Below, piece after piece: positions 1 through 9,444 of a stretch of 64,000 bases of DNA. Source of the DNA: Patescibacteria group bacterium (lineage in GTDB: Bacteria > Patescibacteriota > Patescibacteriia > SG8-24). Numbering within the stretch: position 1 is the first letter of the stretch; each line of letters starts with the position of its first letter. The stretch spans positions 68-64,067 of the forward strand of contig JAYEJB010000059.1 of assembly GCA_034716415.1 (NCBI GenBank). The letters are read 5' to 3'. The notes under the pieces were generated by a model. The model had not been told where the DNA came from and searched no databases. It was given only the letters and a program-made list of their open reading frames with translations. A program made the translations under genes and the position numbers.

Positions 1-155
1 GGCGGATTCGCGCATCCCATCGCGGATTGCATCCGCTTTCATTATGGAAACGAAATGACCTCCTCCCCGGGTTCCGCTCCGCTCCACCCGGGGTTTCCTG
101 GGATATGAAAAAGACGCGGACCTTCCCGTCCGCGTCTTTGAACTCTTGCGGGCTA

Positions 156-584
156 TTACGCCACCGGGGGCTGACCACCTTCTTCCGGAGTCGGCATCGG
201 AGGCTGATCGCCTCCCTGAACGGACGGGTTCGGCCCGTACTGGTTGGCCCCGGAATCACTACCCATCACCATGAACACCAGCAATACGATGGGTCCGACG
301 AGCGGCACGAATCCGAGAAGCAACCACCAGCCGGAACGGTTCGTGTCATGAAGTCTCCGCGCACTGACCGCCAGGCTCGGAATCAACACGGCCAGACTGT
401 AAAGCGTAGTGAGCACGCTGACAGCCATCTGCCCCGGCTCGATGGGTCCTGAAATCAGCCGGTCGACTATGCCCAGCACGATGTAAATGATGAAGTTGAA
501 CAGGGCGAAATACCAGTATTCGGCCCGGCCCGCCCGACCGCTGAAGACGGCGTATTTCTTCAGTACGCCAATATAATATTGCAT
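156..584 (-). CDS. DUF805-family small inner-membrane protein
   Basis: 142-aa ORF; RAEYWYF signature plus hydrophobic helices typical of DUF805 (YhaH-like) proteins; Pro/Gly-rich C-tail. Confidence 0.55.
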   Translation of the reverse strand: MQYYIGVLKKYAVFSGRAGRAEYWYFALFNFIIYIVLGIVDRLISGPIEPGQMAVSVLTTLYSLAVLIPSLAVSARRLHDTNRSGWWLLLGFVPLVGPIVLLVFMVMGSDSGANQYGPNPSVQGGDQPPMPTPEEGGQPPVA

Positions 585-675
585 AAATAAACGTTTAGCG
601 ACTCGTTACGTCTGTAAATATAGCATGGATCGCGGATCGACAGAAGCCGTCGTGACAACCCCCCGAATACGGGTG

Positions 676-790
676 ATATCCTATGCACAGTTTGGAGCAA
701 AACACAGACAGTCTGTTCCCCGCGGGAAACAGGCTGCCTGTTTTTACCCCAAACTGTGCATAGGATATCTGCTGTTTACCCCAAAAAAAT
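676..790. repeat. ~95-nt near-perfect hairpin element with conserved 3' tail (copy 1 of 2; other copy 58355-58466)
   Basis: Arms TATGCACAGTTTGG..CAGACAG / CTGTCTG..CCAAACTGTGCATA read directly; both copies share tail ATCT(G/A)CTGTTTAC(C/T)CCAAAAAA. Confidence 0.8.
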
Positions 791-807
791 AATGAGCATA
801 AGGATTT

Positions 808-2613
808 TTATATCGCTTCAACCTGAAGCTTCAACAATAATCTGGCCATCCTCAACTCGTCATACGAATACTCCTCCCCGAGCAGTTCCCGTACCGGGGC
901 CAGTCTGTCTGTTTCGGTCTGCTTGAAAGCTCGTCCGATCTTCGCCAGTCGCTTCGGCTCGATCTGAAGATGGGCGACATCCGGAAAATCTCCGCCCTCC
1001 GCCAAATCCTCCAGGTGACTCATGACGGAGCCGGTCGTAAGACCGCGGCGTTCGGCGATCTGCCCCACGTCCAGACCCTGCTCCAACAATCGTTTGGTCT
1101 CAAGACGGGTGTCCAGTCGCGGCTTCTTCACGGAGTCGGGACTCGGCTCATGCGCCTGGATCACGGCCAGGAACGCCGCACCGAAATCATCCAGCTTCTT
1201 GGCGCCTACGCCGAAGATATCGGCCATGTCAGCCAAGGTCTTGGGTTGTCTGTCGGCCAGCTCATGCAACGTGCGGTCACCGAAGATCACGAACGCCGGC
1301 ACGTCACGCTCATCAGCCAGATCCTTGCGCAGCTGCCTGAGCTTATTGAATAGTACCGGATCGCCCTTGCCGGCCGGTACACGCCGAAATGTCTTCTCTT
1401 CAACCGCCTGCGTCACACTCAGGTCCGGTTCGCAGATATCGCACCCGCCGCAATTGCCTTTCGCGTACCGCTCACCGAAATATCCGAGCAAAAACCGCCG
1501 CCGACACGTCCCGCCCGAACAAAACCTGATGACCAGATCCAACTTCGCCACGGCTTTCCGCCGCTCTTCCGGATCATCCGACTGATTTATAATGAACAGC
1601 TGCTTATGCCGATCGCCATAGGTGTAGAACAGCACGCACCGGGCCGGGAGACCGTCCCGTCCGGCGCGGCCTGTCTCCTGATAGTAGTTCTCGATGGTCT
1701 TCGGTGAATCATGGTGGACGACCAGTCGCACGTCCGGCTTGTCGATACCCATGCCGAACGCGATGGTCGCCACCACCACCTGAACCTCATCACGGATGAA
1801 CTGCTCCTGCACCTGATGTCGCTCGGCCGTCTCCAAGCCGGCGTGGTACGCCTTCGCCGCAATCCCCCTGTCGCGCAATGACTCGGCCACCTTTTCCGTG
1901 GTCTTGCGTGACGAGCAGTACACGATGACGCTCTCATTCTCATAACCTCTCAGCAGACCGATCAGTTTGGGCAGGGACTTCTTCTTCGGCCAGACGGAAT
2001 ACGACAGGTTGGGCCGGTCGAAGCTGGTGATGAATATCCGCCCGCCGCCCAGCCCCAGCTGTTCGGCGATATCACGCCGGACCTGATCAGTGGCAGTGGC
2101 GGTCAATGCCAGCACCGGGACATCCTTAAAGCGTTGTCGCAACGACTGTAGATTCCGATAGTTCGGACGGAAATCATGCCCCCACTCGGAGATACAATGC
2201 GCCTCATCGACCGCGATCAATGATACCGACAGTTCACTCAGAAAATCCGCGAACGACGGCACGGCAAAACGCTCCGGCGCGACATATATTATCTTCAGTC
2301 GCCCGGCCAGTGCTTCGGATTGGACGTCGGCGATCTGGTTCGGTCGCAACGTGCTGTTGATGAAGGCCGCCGGCACGCCAGCCGAGTTCAGCGCGTCCAC
2401 CTGATCTTTCATCAACGATATCAGCGGCGACACCACCAGCGTCACGCCATCAAGCATCAACGCCGGCAACTGAAAACACAACGACTTGCCGCCGCCGGTC
2501 GGCATGATCACCAGAGCGTCCTTGCCGTCCAAGACATGCCTGATGATCTCCTCCTGCCCGGGACGAAATTCCTCATAGCCGAAATACTCTTTCAGTGGCG
2601 CTTGTAGATTCAT
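808..2613 (-). CDS. recQ: ATP-dependent DNA helicase RecQ (with Zn-binding and C-terminal HTH region)
   Basis: 601 aa; Walker A PTGGGKS, DEAH box (AVDEAHCISEWGHDFRP), RecQ Zn cluster CGGCDICEPD, helicase C motifs. Confidence 0.9.
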   Translation of the reverse strand: MNLQAPLKEYFGYEEFRPGQEEIIRHVLDGKDALVIMPTGGGKSLCFQLPALMLDGVTLVVSPLISLMKDQVDALNSAGVPAAFINSTLRPNQIADVQSEALAGRLKIIYVAPERFAVPSFADFLSELSVSLIAVDEAHCISEWGHDFRPNYRNLQSLRQRFKDVPVLALTATATDQVRRDIAEQLGLGGGRIFITSFDRPNLSYSVWPKKKSLPKLIGLLRGYENESVIVYCSSRKTTEKVAESLRDRGIAAKAYHAGLETAERHQVQEQFIRDEVQVVVATIAFGMGIDKPDVRLVVHHDSPKTIENYYQETGRAGRDGLPARCVLFYTYGDRHKQLFIINQSDDPEERRKAVAKLDLVIRFCSGGTCRRRFLLGYFGERYAKGNCGGCDICEPDLSVTQAVEEKTFRRVPAGKGDPVLFNKLRQLRKDLADERDVPAFVIFGDRTLHELADRQPKTLADMADIFGVGAKKLDDFGAAFLAVIQAHEPSPDSVKKPRLDTRLETKRLLEQGLDVGQIAERRGLTTGSVMSHLEDLAEGGDFPDVAHLQIEPKRLAKIGRAFKQTETDRLAPVRELLGEEYSYDELRMARLLLKLQVEAI

Positions 2614-2617
2614 AATT

Positions 2618-2702
2618 CGGGAGCTTAGGAGCCTAGAAGCTTAGGAGCTATTGTTTACTAACACACTCCTTAGCTCCTCGGCTCCTGCGCTCCTTAGCTT
2701 TA
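2618..2702. promoter_or_regulatory. Leader-region array of TTAGGAGC/GCTCCTAAG inverted motifs immediately 5' of recQ
   Basis: GGGAGCTTAGGAGCCTAGAAGCTTAGGAGC ... CTCCTTAGCTCCTCGGCTCC..CTCCTTAGCT; a closely similar array lies 5' of ligA (33282-33372). Confidence 0.4.
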
Positions 2703-2742
2703 TCTTTTCTTCGCTTCGACCAACCTTACCACGTGCGTACCT

Positions 2743-3000
2743 TTAGCCCTTAATAAGGCTCAATATCTCATCCAGCTTCTGCTCGATACTGATCAGCCGA
2801 TCCTGACTGATAGGTTGCGCTTCCGCCGGAATCGGAGCCGATTGTGCGGCTTCGCCTTCTGCCCGGGCAGTCTCGCCACAGCCTCCATTGCGCTTGTCAC
2901 ATGTCCAAAACGCCATATACGGCTTGTTTGTCTTTTTGCTCACTCCAGCCGGAATGAGGCGCATCTCCCTGTCGCATCGTTCACAGATCTTGATATTCAT
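2743..3000 (-). CDS. small zinc-ribbon-like hypothetical protein
   Basis: 85 aa; two Cys pairs (CERC ... CDKRNGGC), Ala/Glu-rich tail; no family recognised. Confidence 0.4.
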   Translation of the reverse strand: MNIKICERCDREMRLIPAGVSKKTNKPYMAFWTCDKRNGGCGETARAEGEAAQSAPIPAEAQPISQDRLISIEQKLDEILSLIKG

Positions 3001-3171
3001 AATGAGTGTCGATTACAGCCGCCTTAGGAGCGGTCGTGGATAAAAAACTCCGATCCCCAAAGAACCGGCGGTGAATATAGGCGGAGCGGAGATTGTTGTC
3101 AAATGGGGGTGGGTGGGGTGAGTAGACACAAGACCCAAGACACAAGTTTTTAAAAAATCCTTTCCCCCCGC

Positions 3172-3256
3172 TCTCCCCTTGTCATTGCGAGGAGCGGAGC
3201 GGCAATCCCGGCGGGATTGCTTCGTCGGCGGCGGTCTCCTCGCAATGACAAGGGAA
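3172..3256. repeat. GTCATTGCGAG...CTCGCAATGAC hairpin repeat, copy A of 4
   Basis: Perfect long inverted repeat CCTTGTCATTGCGAGGAG..GGCAATCCCGGCGGGATTGC..CTCCTCGCAATGACAAGG; family members at 16626, 17390, 37150. Confidence 0.85.
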
Positions 3257-3290
3257 TGGTGGGAAAAACAGGAAAAGAATAGAGGTCAAG

Positions 3291-3358
3291 AAATACAGGA
3301 GTACAGAAGTTTGAGAGTTTAAAAAATACTTCTGTACTTCTATACTCCTGTACTCTTC
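3291..3358. repeat. CAGGAGTACAGAAGT...ACTTCTGTACTCCTG hairpin (copy 1 of 2; other at 43297-43372); probable terminator of the 3368-4417 gene
   Basis: Inverted repeat read directly; sits just 3' of the minus-strand gene's stop codon. Confidence 0.7.
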
Positions 3359-3367
3359 CTGACCCCG

Positions 3368-4417
3368 TCACTGATACTGGATGAAGACGGGTTGCGGTGT
3401 CAGATCAAGGATCTCGGCCGGAGTCAATACGGGAAGGCCGTAATTGAGACGGTCGTTCTTGTAGAAAATCTTGAACCCGGTGAATTGGACCGGATACGGT
3501 ACGATGTAGGAATTGTACGAACCGAATTTCTGCCACGGTGGCCCCCAACCGTCCATGTCCATCACGACCTGCACCTCCGGCGTGGGTTCTATGCCGGTCG
3601 CGTTCGTTACCATCGGACGGGTGTAGCGATGGACGATCAGAACCTTAGGGGGCAGACCGCCGGCCTGAACCAGCCCGGACAGGTATCCGATCGCGGCGTT
3701 CACGTCCGTGGCATCGACGGAACCGACCCTCTGACCGGGCAGGCCGCCGTACTTCATGTTGAATTCCGGATCTATCGCCAGGTGCACCTGCGGCAGGACC
3801 AGATACTTCTCCAGCGCCTTGATCTCGCCCTGAAGGTCGGCCAGTCCCGACTGGACTTCCAGGATGACGATACCGTCGATCTTCTCGGCCATCGCTATCG
3901 CTTTGTCGATTTCCTTATCCGGCATGCGTAGCCGGTACTTGCCGTCCCTGCCCGCACCCGCCTGCGCGACTACCGCGATGTAATCGATCGCCGGCTGGAC
4001 CGGCGTCTCGGGGTCCGCCTCTTCCCAAGCAGCGACCTCGCGCGCCAGCATCTCAAGCATGGTCTCTTCGACGTATTCTCCGAGCACCCCCATACCTCTG
4101 GAATAGAAATTGCCGTAATACGCGACGATACGCTTGAACGGCAGGATAGCTCCGTATTCCGGATAGACTGATTCAGCCGGCCACAATTTTCCCTCATCGG
4201 TGCCGGTACCCACATCCATATGCGCGAGCCGTGCCAGCCTGCGATCATAGTCGAACCTGTCGAGCGTCGGCTCCGACGGCACGGTCGGACCTTCGACGGT
4301 CGACAACCCCCCGTCTCCGCGATCACGCAAGAGCGAAAACAGCGCGACCCCAAACAACGCCAGCGACAGCAACGCGACACCTCCAGCGACCAGCATTTTC
4401 GGAGTCGGTCTTTTCAT
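3368..4417 (-). CDS. exported/membrane-anchored hypothetical protein (possible TIM-barrel glycosidase-like fold)
   Basis: 349 aa; N-terminal hydrophobic helix after MKRPTPK; no catalytic motif I can name; function not established. Confidence 0.5.
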   Translation of the reverse strand: MKRPTPKMLVAGGVALLSLALFGVALFSLLRDRGDGGLSTVEGPTVPSEPTLDRFDYDRRLARLAHMDVGTGTDEGKLWPAESVYPEYGAILPFKRIVAYYGNFYSRGMGVLGEYVEETMLEMLAREVAAWEEADPETPVQPAIDYIAVVAQAGAGRDGKYRLRMPDKEIDKAIAMAEKIDGIVILEVQSGLADLQGEIKALEKYLVLPQVHLAIDPEFNMKYGGLPGQRVGSVDATDVNAAIGYLSGLVQAGGLPPKVLIVHRYTRPMVTNATGIEPTPEVQVVMDMDGWGPPWQKFGSYNSYIVPYPVQFTGFKIFYKNDRLNYGLPVLTPAEILDLTPQPVFIQYQ

Positions 4418-4484
4418 GTATATATAACCGCAGACTTTGTCTACCTGAAATATATCAGGTGCAGGTCATACGGTCGATATCAAT

Positions 4485-4520
4485 GAAAAACCAGACATCT
4501 GATAGATGTCTGGTTTTTCA
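4485..4520. terminator. bidirectional intrinsic terminator hairpin
   Basis: AAAAACCAGACATC-TGATA-GATGTCTGGTTTTT: 10-bp perfect stem with A-run 5' and T-run 3'; lies 3' of the 1019-aa gene. Confidence 0.7.
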
Positions 4521-4635
4521 TGGCTCAACACCGTGAACAACGTTAGAACCATAATTCAACAGAGTGAAGAATATATTTACATCCCAGATTTGAGGGAATA
4601 CGCGATGGTTTAGTTTTACCCTACCCCGCGTTACA

Positions 4636-7600
4636 CTATTTCTCTTCGACAATATCCTCAAATTTCCAGAATATACTGCTTCCTTCGCGAACCAAATCAT
4701 CAATAAGCGTATAGGTGGCCTTTTTTGTTTCCGAAGTATTGTAAAGGGTTCTTAAAGCTTCGACCCATTCGTCATCATACATGAAAGGCATACGCATTTT
4801 TTTACCGCGAACACCACCCTCAAGTAAAAACAGACGGGCAATTTCCAGAGTATCCGACGGACTCGCTTCGGCAAGTTTATCAATGTTTTTTACCAAAGCG
4901 TAATCCCAATCCAATGCACCTTGCGTTTTGCTCAAGGTTTCTTTCACTTTTTCGGCAAGCCATTTAGGGGCAAAAAGATTTTTCTCAAAATTAATCCAGA
5001 AACCAAAAGACTCAAAAATTTTCGAATCCGTATGATTTTCAAGTACCCATTCCCATAATTTGACAAGTCTTTCTCTGCTTTCCGTGTCTTTACTCAATTG
5101 CTCGTTTGCGCGCGCGTTATCACCCGATACGAACATTCTGCCAATAAAACTGATCAAATCAGCTTGTCTTTCGACATCTTTAGCCCAAAACTTTTTAAAA
5201 AGCTCGTCATCAAAACCAAATCTTTTGTGATAAACGATAAAAGCCAATGCGACATGAACCGCAATGCCTTCGTCGGGGTCTTTAAAATATCGACGATTTG
5301 AATCCTCATCGCCCGTTAAATCAAGACCGCGTTCATACAATTTCTGAAATTCGGGATCAAAGAAAATTTCCTCGTAAAGATTGTTGGCCAGATATCCTTC
5401 CCATGAGGCGAGATATAGATGTTGATTATTGCTGTCGGTGGGGAATATTTGGGGTAAAAGTCCATGAATCCAATCTTTATCGCGGAAGTAGAAAGACGGC
5501 AGATAATGACCGAACATGAACATCAAAGCGCGCGTGTTTTCTTCTTTCAAAACCGTTTCGTAAACCCCTTTGACCTCATTTTTGATTTTTACACTATCCT
5601 CTTTTGAGAATTGTTTACCGTCCTGATAAACGAATAAAACAAAAGCCTGGAAAGCCCGTCCTCGAACGGTGTTTATGGCAATGGTAAACGGATCGGTAAC
5701 TTGATACTCTTCTTTGTCTCCCGCCAAGCGCGTCTTAGAAACGGCGGTCTCCAATTCTTCGTCTTTCGGCTCGGGATCAGGTGATGAAAGCAGATACTCG
5801 ATTATATCGAATAGTTTGTCCCTATATTTATCAAAATCAATAACGGGTTGTCCTTCATTTTCATTCAACAATTCTTGTAAGACATCGGTCATTGAAGAGT
5901 GCACACCCGACCAGCTCGCAAGCCACGAGTCATAAGTTTCTCGCTCACGCTTTTCATAATCAAATGGCTTTTCTTTGCCCGATTTAACAACTGTAACCAT
6001 AATCTCGATTAAGTTATCCCAATCCAAGTCTTTAGCAACCGTTTTATCGACCTTCATGGCCTCTTGAATTCCCCTGAAAAATGAGTAAGTGTAATGTTCA
6101 TCGAGCACATCTCTATCGAAAAACAGGCTTGAGTTTGCCAGATAATCCTGCAAACGCTTGGCTATATCAGTACGTAATTGTGAACCGACTCCCTCAGCAT
6201 TAAGGGGATTAAGAAAATCATCATGAGTGTTTTGTACATGCAATACATCGGGTTTCCATTCATTTTTCAATTTTCCAATAATGTCGACGATTGTAAGTTT
6301 ATTAAACTCGTCTTGCGATATAGCTCCTCTCGGTGATACCGTTCCGCCTCGCATTGTTCCGATTGAGGTTTCGGGAATAAATTCGGAATCGCATTTGTTG
6401 CCGAAAATTTTCTCGCATTTATTCTTTTCATCCGCGGAAAGAAATTTGCAAATTGAAGACAAAATCTGCCATCCGTCACGTTTGTGCCACTGTTCTTCTT
6501 TTTTGTCTTCAAGCGATTTTCCGAAATATTGAAGTACTTTAGCGATAAATTCGCGTTGATAATCCGAATCGAAAACACCAAAAGACTTTTTTAAGGCTTT
6601 TTTATATTCGGTTCCCGACTCGATTTCATAATAATTTTTACCCGCTTCCATCACCTCAAACAATCTTGAAAACGCTTGCTTCAACCTATCTTGAAAGGCG
6701 TTCGGGCAAAGACTCATAACGTAAAGTTGCAATCGCCACATTGAACGACATTGAGGCAAGGTTTGAAAGCATTTATCGTAAATGAAAATCGCGGAATCAG
6801 TGTTTTGACAATTACTGCCGATAAGATTTTGAGCCAGTTTTTTAATACTTGCGGCCAATTCTTTGACATTTTCTCTATCTGATCTAAGGCGTTCGTTTTT
6901 CAAATCGAGCGTGAAAAAATCGACATCATAGAAAGAAAACATATCTTCAATCTCGAAAACGGCTTTTTCGTCGGATCTTTTATCACCCAATTTGACGATC
7001 TCGGATATTGTCAGACAGGCAAGTTCAAGTGCTTTTTCGGCATTTTCATCGTTAACGTTAACCAGATATTCAAAGATCTTGGTGTAAGATAAATCTTTAA
7101 AGTAGAATGGATTATCGGCAAGATAACCGTGCGAATTTTTATTGAAGGCCTCTTTCGTTTTTACCGCAAACACAGCTTTCGCCAGAATCAATAAACCGTC
7201 ATATTTTTTATTCTTTGCCAAAGTCGCAAACATTTTTTCATATTCAGAGCCCCAATCGTTGAAAATACTCATCAGCTGAACCCATTTGTCGTCACGAATT
7301 TTAACAACCATCCTTGCCAATTCTTCCGCAGGTAATGAACCGCAAATATGCAAAAATTGATCGACAACTTCGGGATTGAAATTATCTTTTGAAATTTCAA
7401 CTGAAAGCATACTATCAACCACTTCTTTCGGCTTCTTATCGGCAACCTTAACGAGATAATTCAATTCGGGAGTGCGATAACCGTATCGTGTGGGATCTTC
7501 GGATTTTTCTTTTATGACATTCAGAAAACCGTTTTGCCATAGAAAATCGAGCCAATTCTCATCGGCTTTTGTGTAAAAGTATTGCTTTGCATCGAGATTC

Positions 7601-7695
7601 TCTGAAATCAAATTTGACACAGCTTGAATCTGACTACCATCAGGCGCTTTTGACAATATTTCATCTATTCTTTTATGTAATTCAATCTGAGTCAT
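4636..7695 (-). CDS. large (1019 aa) predicted all-alpha hypothetical protein, last gene of AT-rich island operon
   Basis: Long uninterrupted ORF in AT-rich DNA; no Walker A, DExH or other catalytic motif seen; Lys/Glu/Asp/Phe/Tyr-rich helical composition. Confidence 0.7.
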   Translation of the reverse strand: MTQIELHKRIDEILSKAPDGSQIQAVSNLISENLDAKQYFYTKADENWLDFLWQNGFLNVIKEKSEDPTRYGYRTPELNYLVKVADKKPKEVVDSMLSVEISKDNFNPEVVDQFLHICGSLPAEELARMVVKIRDDKWVQLMSIFNDWGSEYEKMFATLAKNKKYDGLLILAKAVFAVKTKEAFNKNSHGYLADNPFYFKDLSYTKIFEYLVNVNDENAEKALELACLTISEIVKLGDKRSDEKAVFEIEDMFSFYDVDFFTLDLKNERLRSDRENVKELAASIKKLAQNLIGSNCQNTDSAIFIYDKCFQTLPQCRSMWRLQLYVMSLCPNAFQDRLKQAFSRLFEVMEAGKNYYEIESGTEYKKALKKSFGVFDSDYQREFIAKVLQYFGKSLEDKKEEQWHKRDGWQILSSICKFLSADEKNKCEKIFGNKCDSEFIPETSIGTMRGGTVSPRGAISQDEFNKLTIVDIIGKLKNEWKPDVLHVQNTHDDFLNPLNAEGVGSQLRTDIAKRLQDYLANSSLFFDRDVLDEHYTYSFFRGIQEAMKVDKTVAKDLDWDNLIEIMVTVVKSGKEKPFDYEKRERETYDSWLASWSGVHSSMTDVLQELLNENEGQPVIDFDKYRDKLFDIIEYLLSSPDPEPKDEELETAVSKTRLAGDKEEYQVTDPFTIAINTVRGRAFQAFVLFVYQDGKQFSKEDSVKIKNEVKGVYETVLKEENTRALMFMFGHYLPSFYFRDKDWIHGLLPQIFPTDSNNQHLYLASWEGYLANNLYEEIFFDPEFQKLYERGLDLTGDEDSNRRYFKDPDEGIAVHVALAFIVYHKRFGFDDELFKKFWAKDVERQADLISFIGRMFVSGDNARANEQLSKDTESRERLVKLWEWVLENHTDSKIFESFGFWINFEKNLFAPKWLAEKVKETLSKTQGALDWDYALVKNIDKLAEASPSDTLEIARLFLLEGGVRGKKMRMPFMYDDEWVEALRTLYNTSETKKATYTLIDDLVREGSSIFWKFEDIVEEK

Positions 7696-7697
7696 AA

Positions 7698-8240
7698 TTA
7701 TTTATTTTTGAATTTAAAATATTTTCCCAAATGCAGAATAAAACCAGTACATAGTTTATCAAAATCTTCTTCACTGATAACTTTAAGAGATTTGTTATCA
7801 GGATCTAGTAAAGTATTAGCATGTCCAATTGCCGAATCTTTAAAGTGTGCAAAATCATTAAAAAAATCTTTATAATTACGTATTGTCTCACACACCTGCT
7901 TTGCTTCATCTGAATCACTTCTTTTGGGTACGCATTTCAGAAATTTTAAGCAATTAGCTTCGAAATGCCCGTCAACCAACTCTCGAATTGATCCAGAACA
8001 ATGCTCTTTCCAAAATTTATCGTTTGATTTGGTATCCTCACTTTTAAATATGCTTTGGGCATTAAAGATAATATCTTCCGGTTTTACGTTTTTTTTATAA
8101 TTACCCATAATCCAGACCAAATGAATGTTAACGTTAACAATTTCAATCACCGATTTTGGTAGATTAACAACATCGTATTCCGCACCATTTGTGGAAATAC
8201 TTTTTTGTTCCGCTAATATTGGATCAAGGGTTTTACTCAT
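7698..8240 (-). CDS. 180-aa hypothetical protein (island operon gene 3)
   Basis: ORF; its start ATG overlaps the Vsr stop as ATGA, and its stop lies 2 nt before the 1019-aa start; no family recognised. Confidence 0.6.
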   Translation of the reverse strand: MSKTLDPILAEQKSISTNGAEYDVVNLPKSVIEIVNVNIHLVWIMGNYKKNVKPEDIIFNAQSIFKSEDTKSNDKFWKEHCSGSIRELVDGHFEANCLKFLKCVPKRSDSDEAKQVCETIRNYKDFFNDFAHFKDSAIGHANTLLDPDNKSLKVISEEDFDKLCTGFILHLGKYFKFKNK

Positions 8241-8650
8241 TTATTTTCTTGCAACTTATTTAGTATTTTTTCCACGGTTTTATCAAATTTTTTCTTTATT
8301 TCATGCTCCCAAATTCTGATAACCGTCCAGCCTTTATTTTTGTAATACCGAGTGACTTCTTTGTCCCGCTCTTTGTTGCGAGCCATCTTGGCCTCCCAGA
8401 ATTCTCTGCGGGTTTCTGGCATTGAACCGTGCTCTTTGCAACCGTGCCAAAAGCAAGAATCCACGAATATTACGGTTTTCAATTTCGCCAGTACGATATC
8501 GGGTTTTCCAAAATGTTTGGTCGAATTTTTGCGGTATCGATAACCGGCTTTCCATAACTCTTTACGCAAGGCGATCTCGATTTTACTGTCCTTATTTCGG
8601 ACTTTGGACATTATTTCGCTTCGTTTTTGTTTGGAAAACTTATCGGCCAT
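8237..8650 (-). CDS. vsr: very-short-patch-repair (Vsr)-like endonuclease
   Basis: 137 aa; GKPDIVLAKLKTVIFVDSCFWHGC matches the Vsr catalytic core (GKPDIV..AIFVHGCFWHGH); C-terminal W..IRIWEHE region. Confidence 0.85.
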   Translation of the reverse strand: MADKFSKQKRSEIMSKVRNKDSKIEIALRKELWKAGYRYRKNSTKHFGKPDIVLAKLKTVIFVDSCFWHGCKEHGSMPETRREFWEAKMARNKERDKEVTRYYKNKGWTVIRIWEHEIKKKFDKTVEKILNKLQENK

Positions 8651-8653
8651 AAT

Positions 8654-8893
8654 TTATTTCGTAAAGCGAACTTGCAAATTAAGTTTGATGAACAAGTCAC
8701 CGTTTTCCTCATAAACGGTTCCGTATCCGTGACGAGTTGCACTCGGCGACTCCATTCTGGTGTGATTGAACAAATAATCCCTGAAAGCTTCGGCATTGTA
8801 CAAGTGATAACAAACCACCTCGCCGTCTTCGCGAACCACAATAACTCCTCCGTGAGCGCGCAAATTACCATCCCAAGCACTTGCGGGTACCAT
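8654..8893 (-). CDS. 79-aa hypothetical protein (island operon gene 1)
   Basis: ORF stop lies 3 nt upstream of the Vsr ATG; intermediate GC; no family recognised. Confidence 0.4.
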   Translation of the reverse strand: MVPASAWDGNLRAHGGVIVVREDGEVVCYHLYNAEAFRDYLFNHTRMESPSATRHGYGTVYEENGDLFIKLNLQVRFTK

Positions 8894-8901
8894 ATAAAAA
8901 T

Positions 8902-8966
8902 GGGGTCAGGTCTTGTATTTTAACATTTTTGATATCTGGTAATGATACTATGTTAGACTTGACCCC
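8902..8966. repeat. Inverted repeat GGGGTCAGGTCT / AGACTTGACCCC bracketing a possible TGnTAAAAT -10 for the island operon; third direct copy at 9234-9246
   Basis: 13-bp imperfect inverted repeat separated by ~40 bp immediately 5' of the 79-aa start; GGGGTCAGGTCTT recurs at 9234. Confidence 0.5.
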
Positions 8967-9040
8967 GAAGCACATTCCCGCGTCAGCAAAATGCTCGCCA
9001 AGGAGCGGGAGAGGGCAAGAGTCAAGATGTGACCCCTATT

Positions 9041-9205
9041 TTAGTGAAGTATTGCCCAAAGACCAATAGCGACTGGCCATAAAAAAACGATATAAAGAAA
9101 AGTAAAAATATTTTCTGGAAACGGTGCGTCAATATATCCGACCCGCCAGAAAAATACTCCTATTGCAAGATAGCTTATTGCGATTAAAAATATTTTTATC
9201 TTCAT
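9041..9205 (-). CDS. 54-aa hydrophobic (two-helix) small ORF, below the ORF-track length cutoff
   Basis: My own translation: MKIKIFLIAISYLAIGVFFWRVGYIDAPFPENIFTFLYIVFLWPVAIGLWAILH; AT-rich; flanked by GGGGTCAGGTCT direct repeats. Confidence 0.25.
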   Translation of the reverse strand: MKIKIFLIAISYLAIGVFFWRVGYIDAPFPENIFTFLYIVFLWPVAIGLWAILH

Positions 9206-9410
9206 CACTCACTTTATTAAATTTTGCTTGGGGGGGGTCAGGTCTTTAATTGTCGGATTTTCGACCTTAAAATCTAGCCAAAATGGTACTCACTGCAATT
9301 TTTGAGACCCGACTCCACACGATAAACAATTTAGCATAGCTACAACAAAAAACCACCACAAAGTGATGGTTTTTTGACTGAACGCATATGGGTCGCCACA
9401 CACGTTCACT

Positions 9411-9444
9411 CATGGCTCCGAGGTGACGATTCGAACCGTTCTCC
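9411..9444 (-). other. degenerate copy of the tRNA-Asn 3' end (putative att-site remnant)
   Basis: TGGCTCCGAGG is identical to the acceptor/CCA region of tRNA-Asn at 16360-16370, followed by a T-arm-like GATTCGAAC; does not fold into a full tRNA. Confidence 0.5.

Noticed and set aside
27-452. 141-aa plus-strand ORF at the window start
   Set aside because: Lies antisense to the well-supported DUF805 gene (156-584). Its Arg/Pro/Ser-rich, low-complexity composition is typical of GC-rich antisense frames.
970-1585. Plus-strand ORFs (127 and 187 aa) inside recQ
   Set aside because: They are antisense to a high-confidence recQ reading frame and have Arg/Ser-rich junk composition.
4518-4550. Shared 8-mer CATGGCTC at both 4519 and 9411 (island boundaries) as a second att copy
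   Set aside because: An 8-nt match with only patchy similarity beyond it is within chance expectation. It is mentioned only as a lead.
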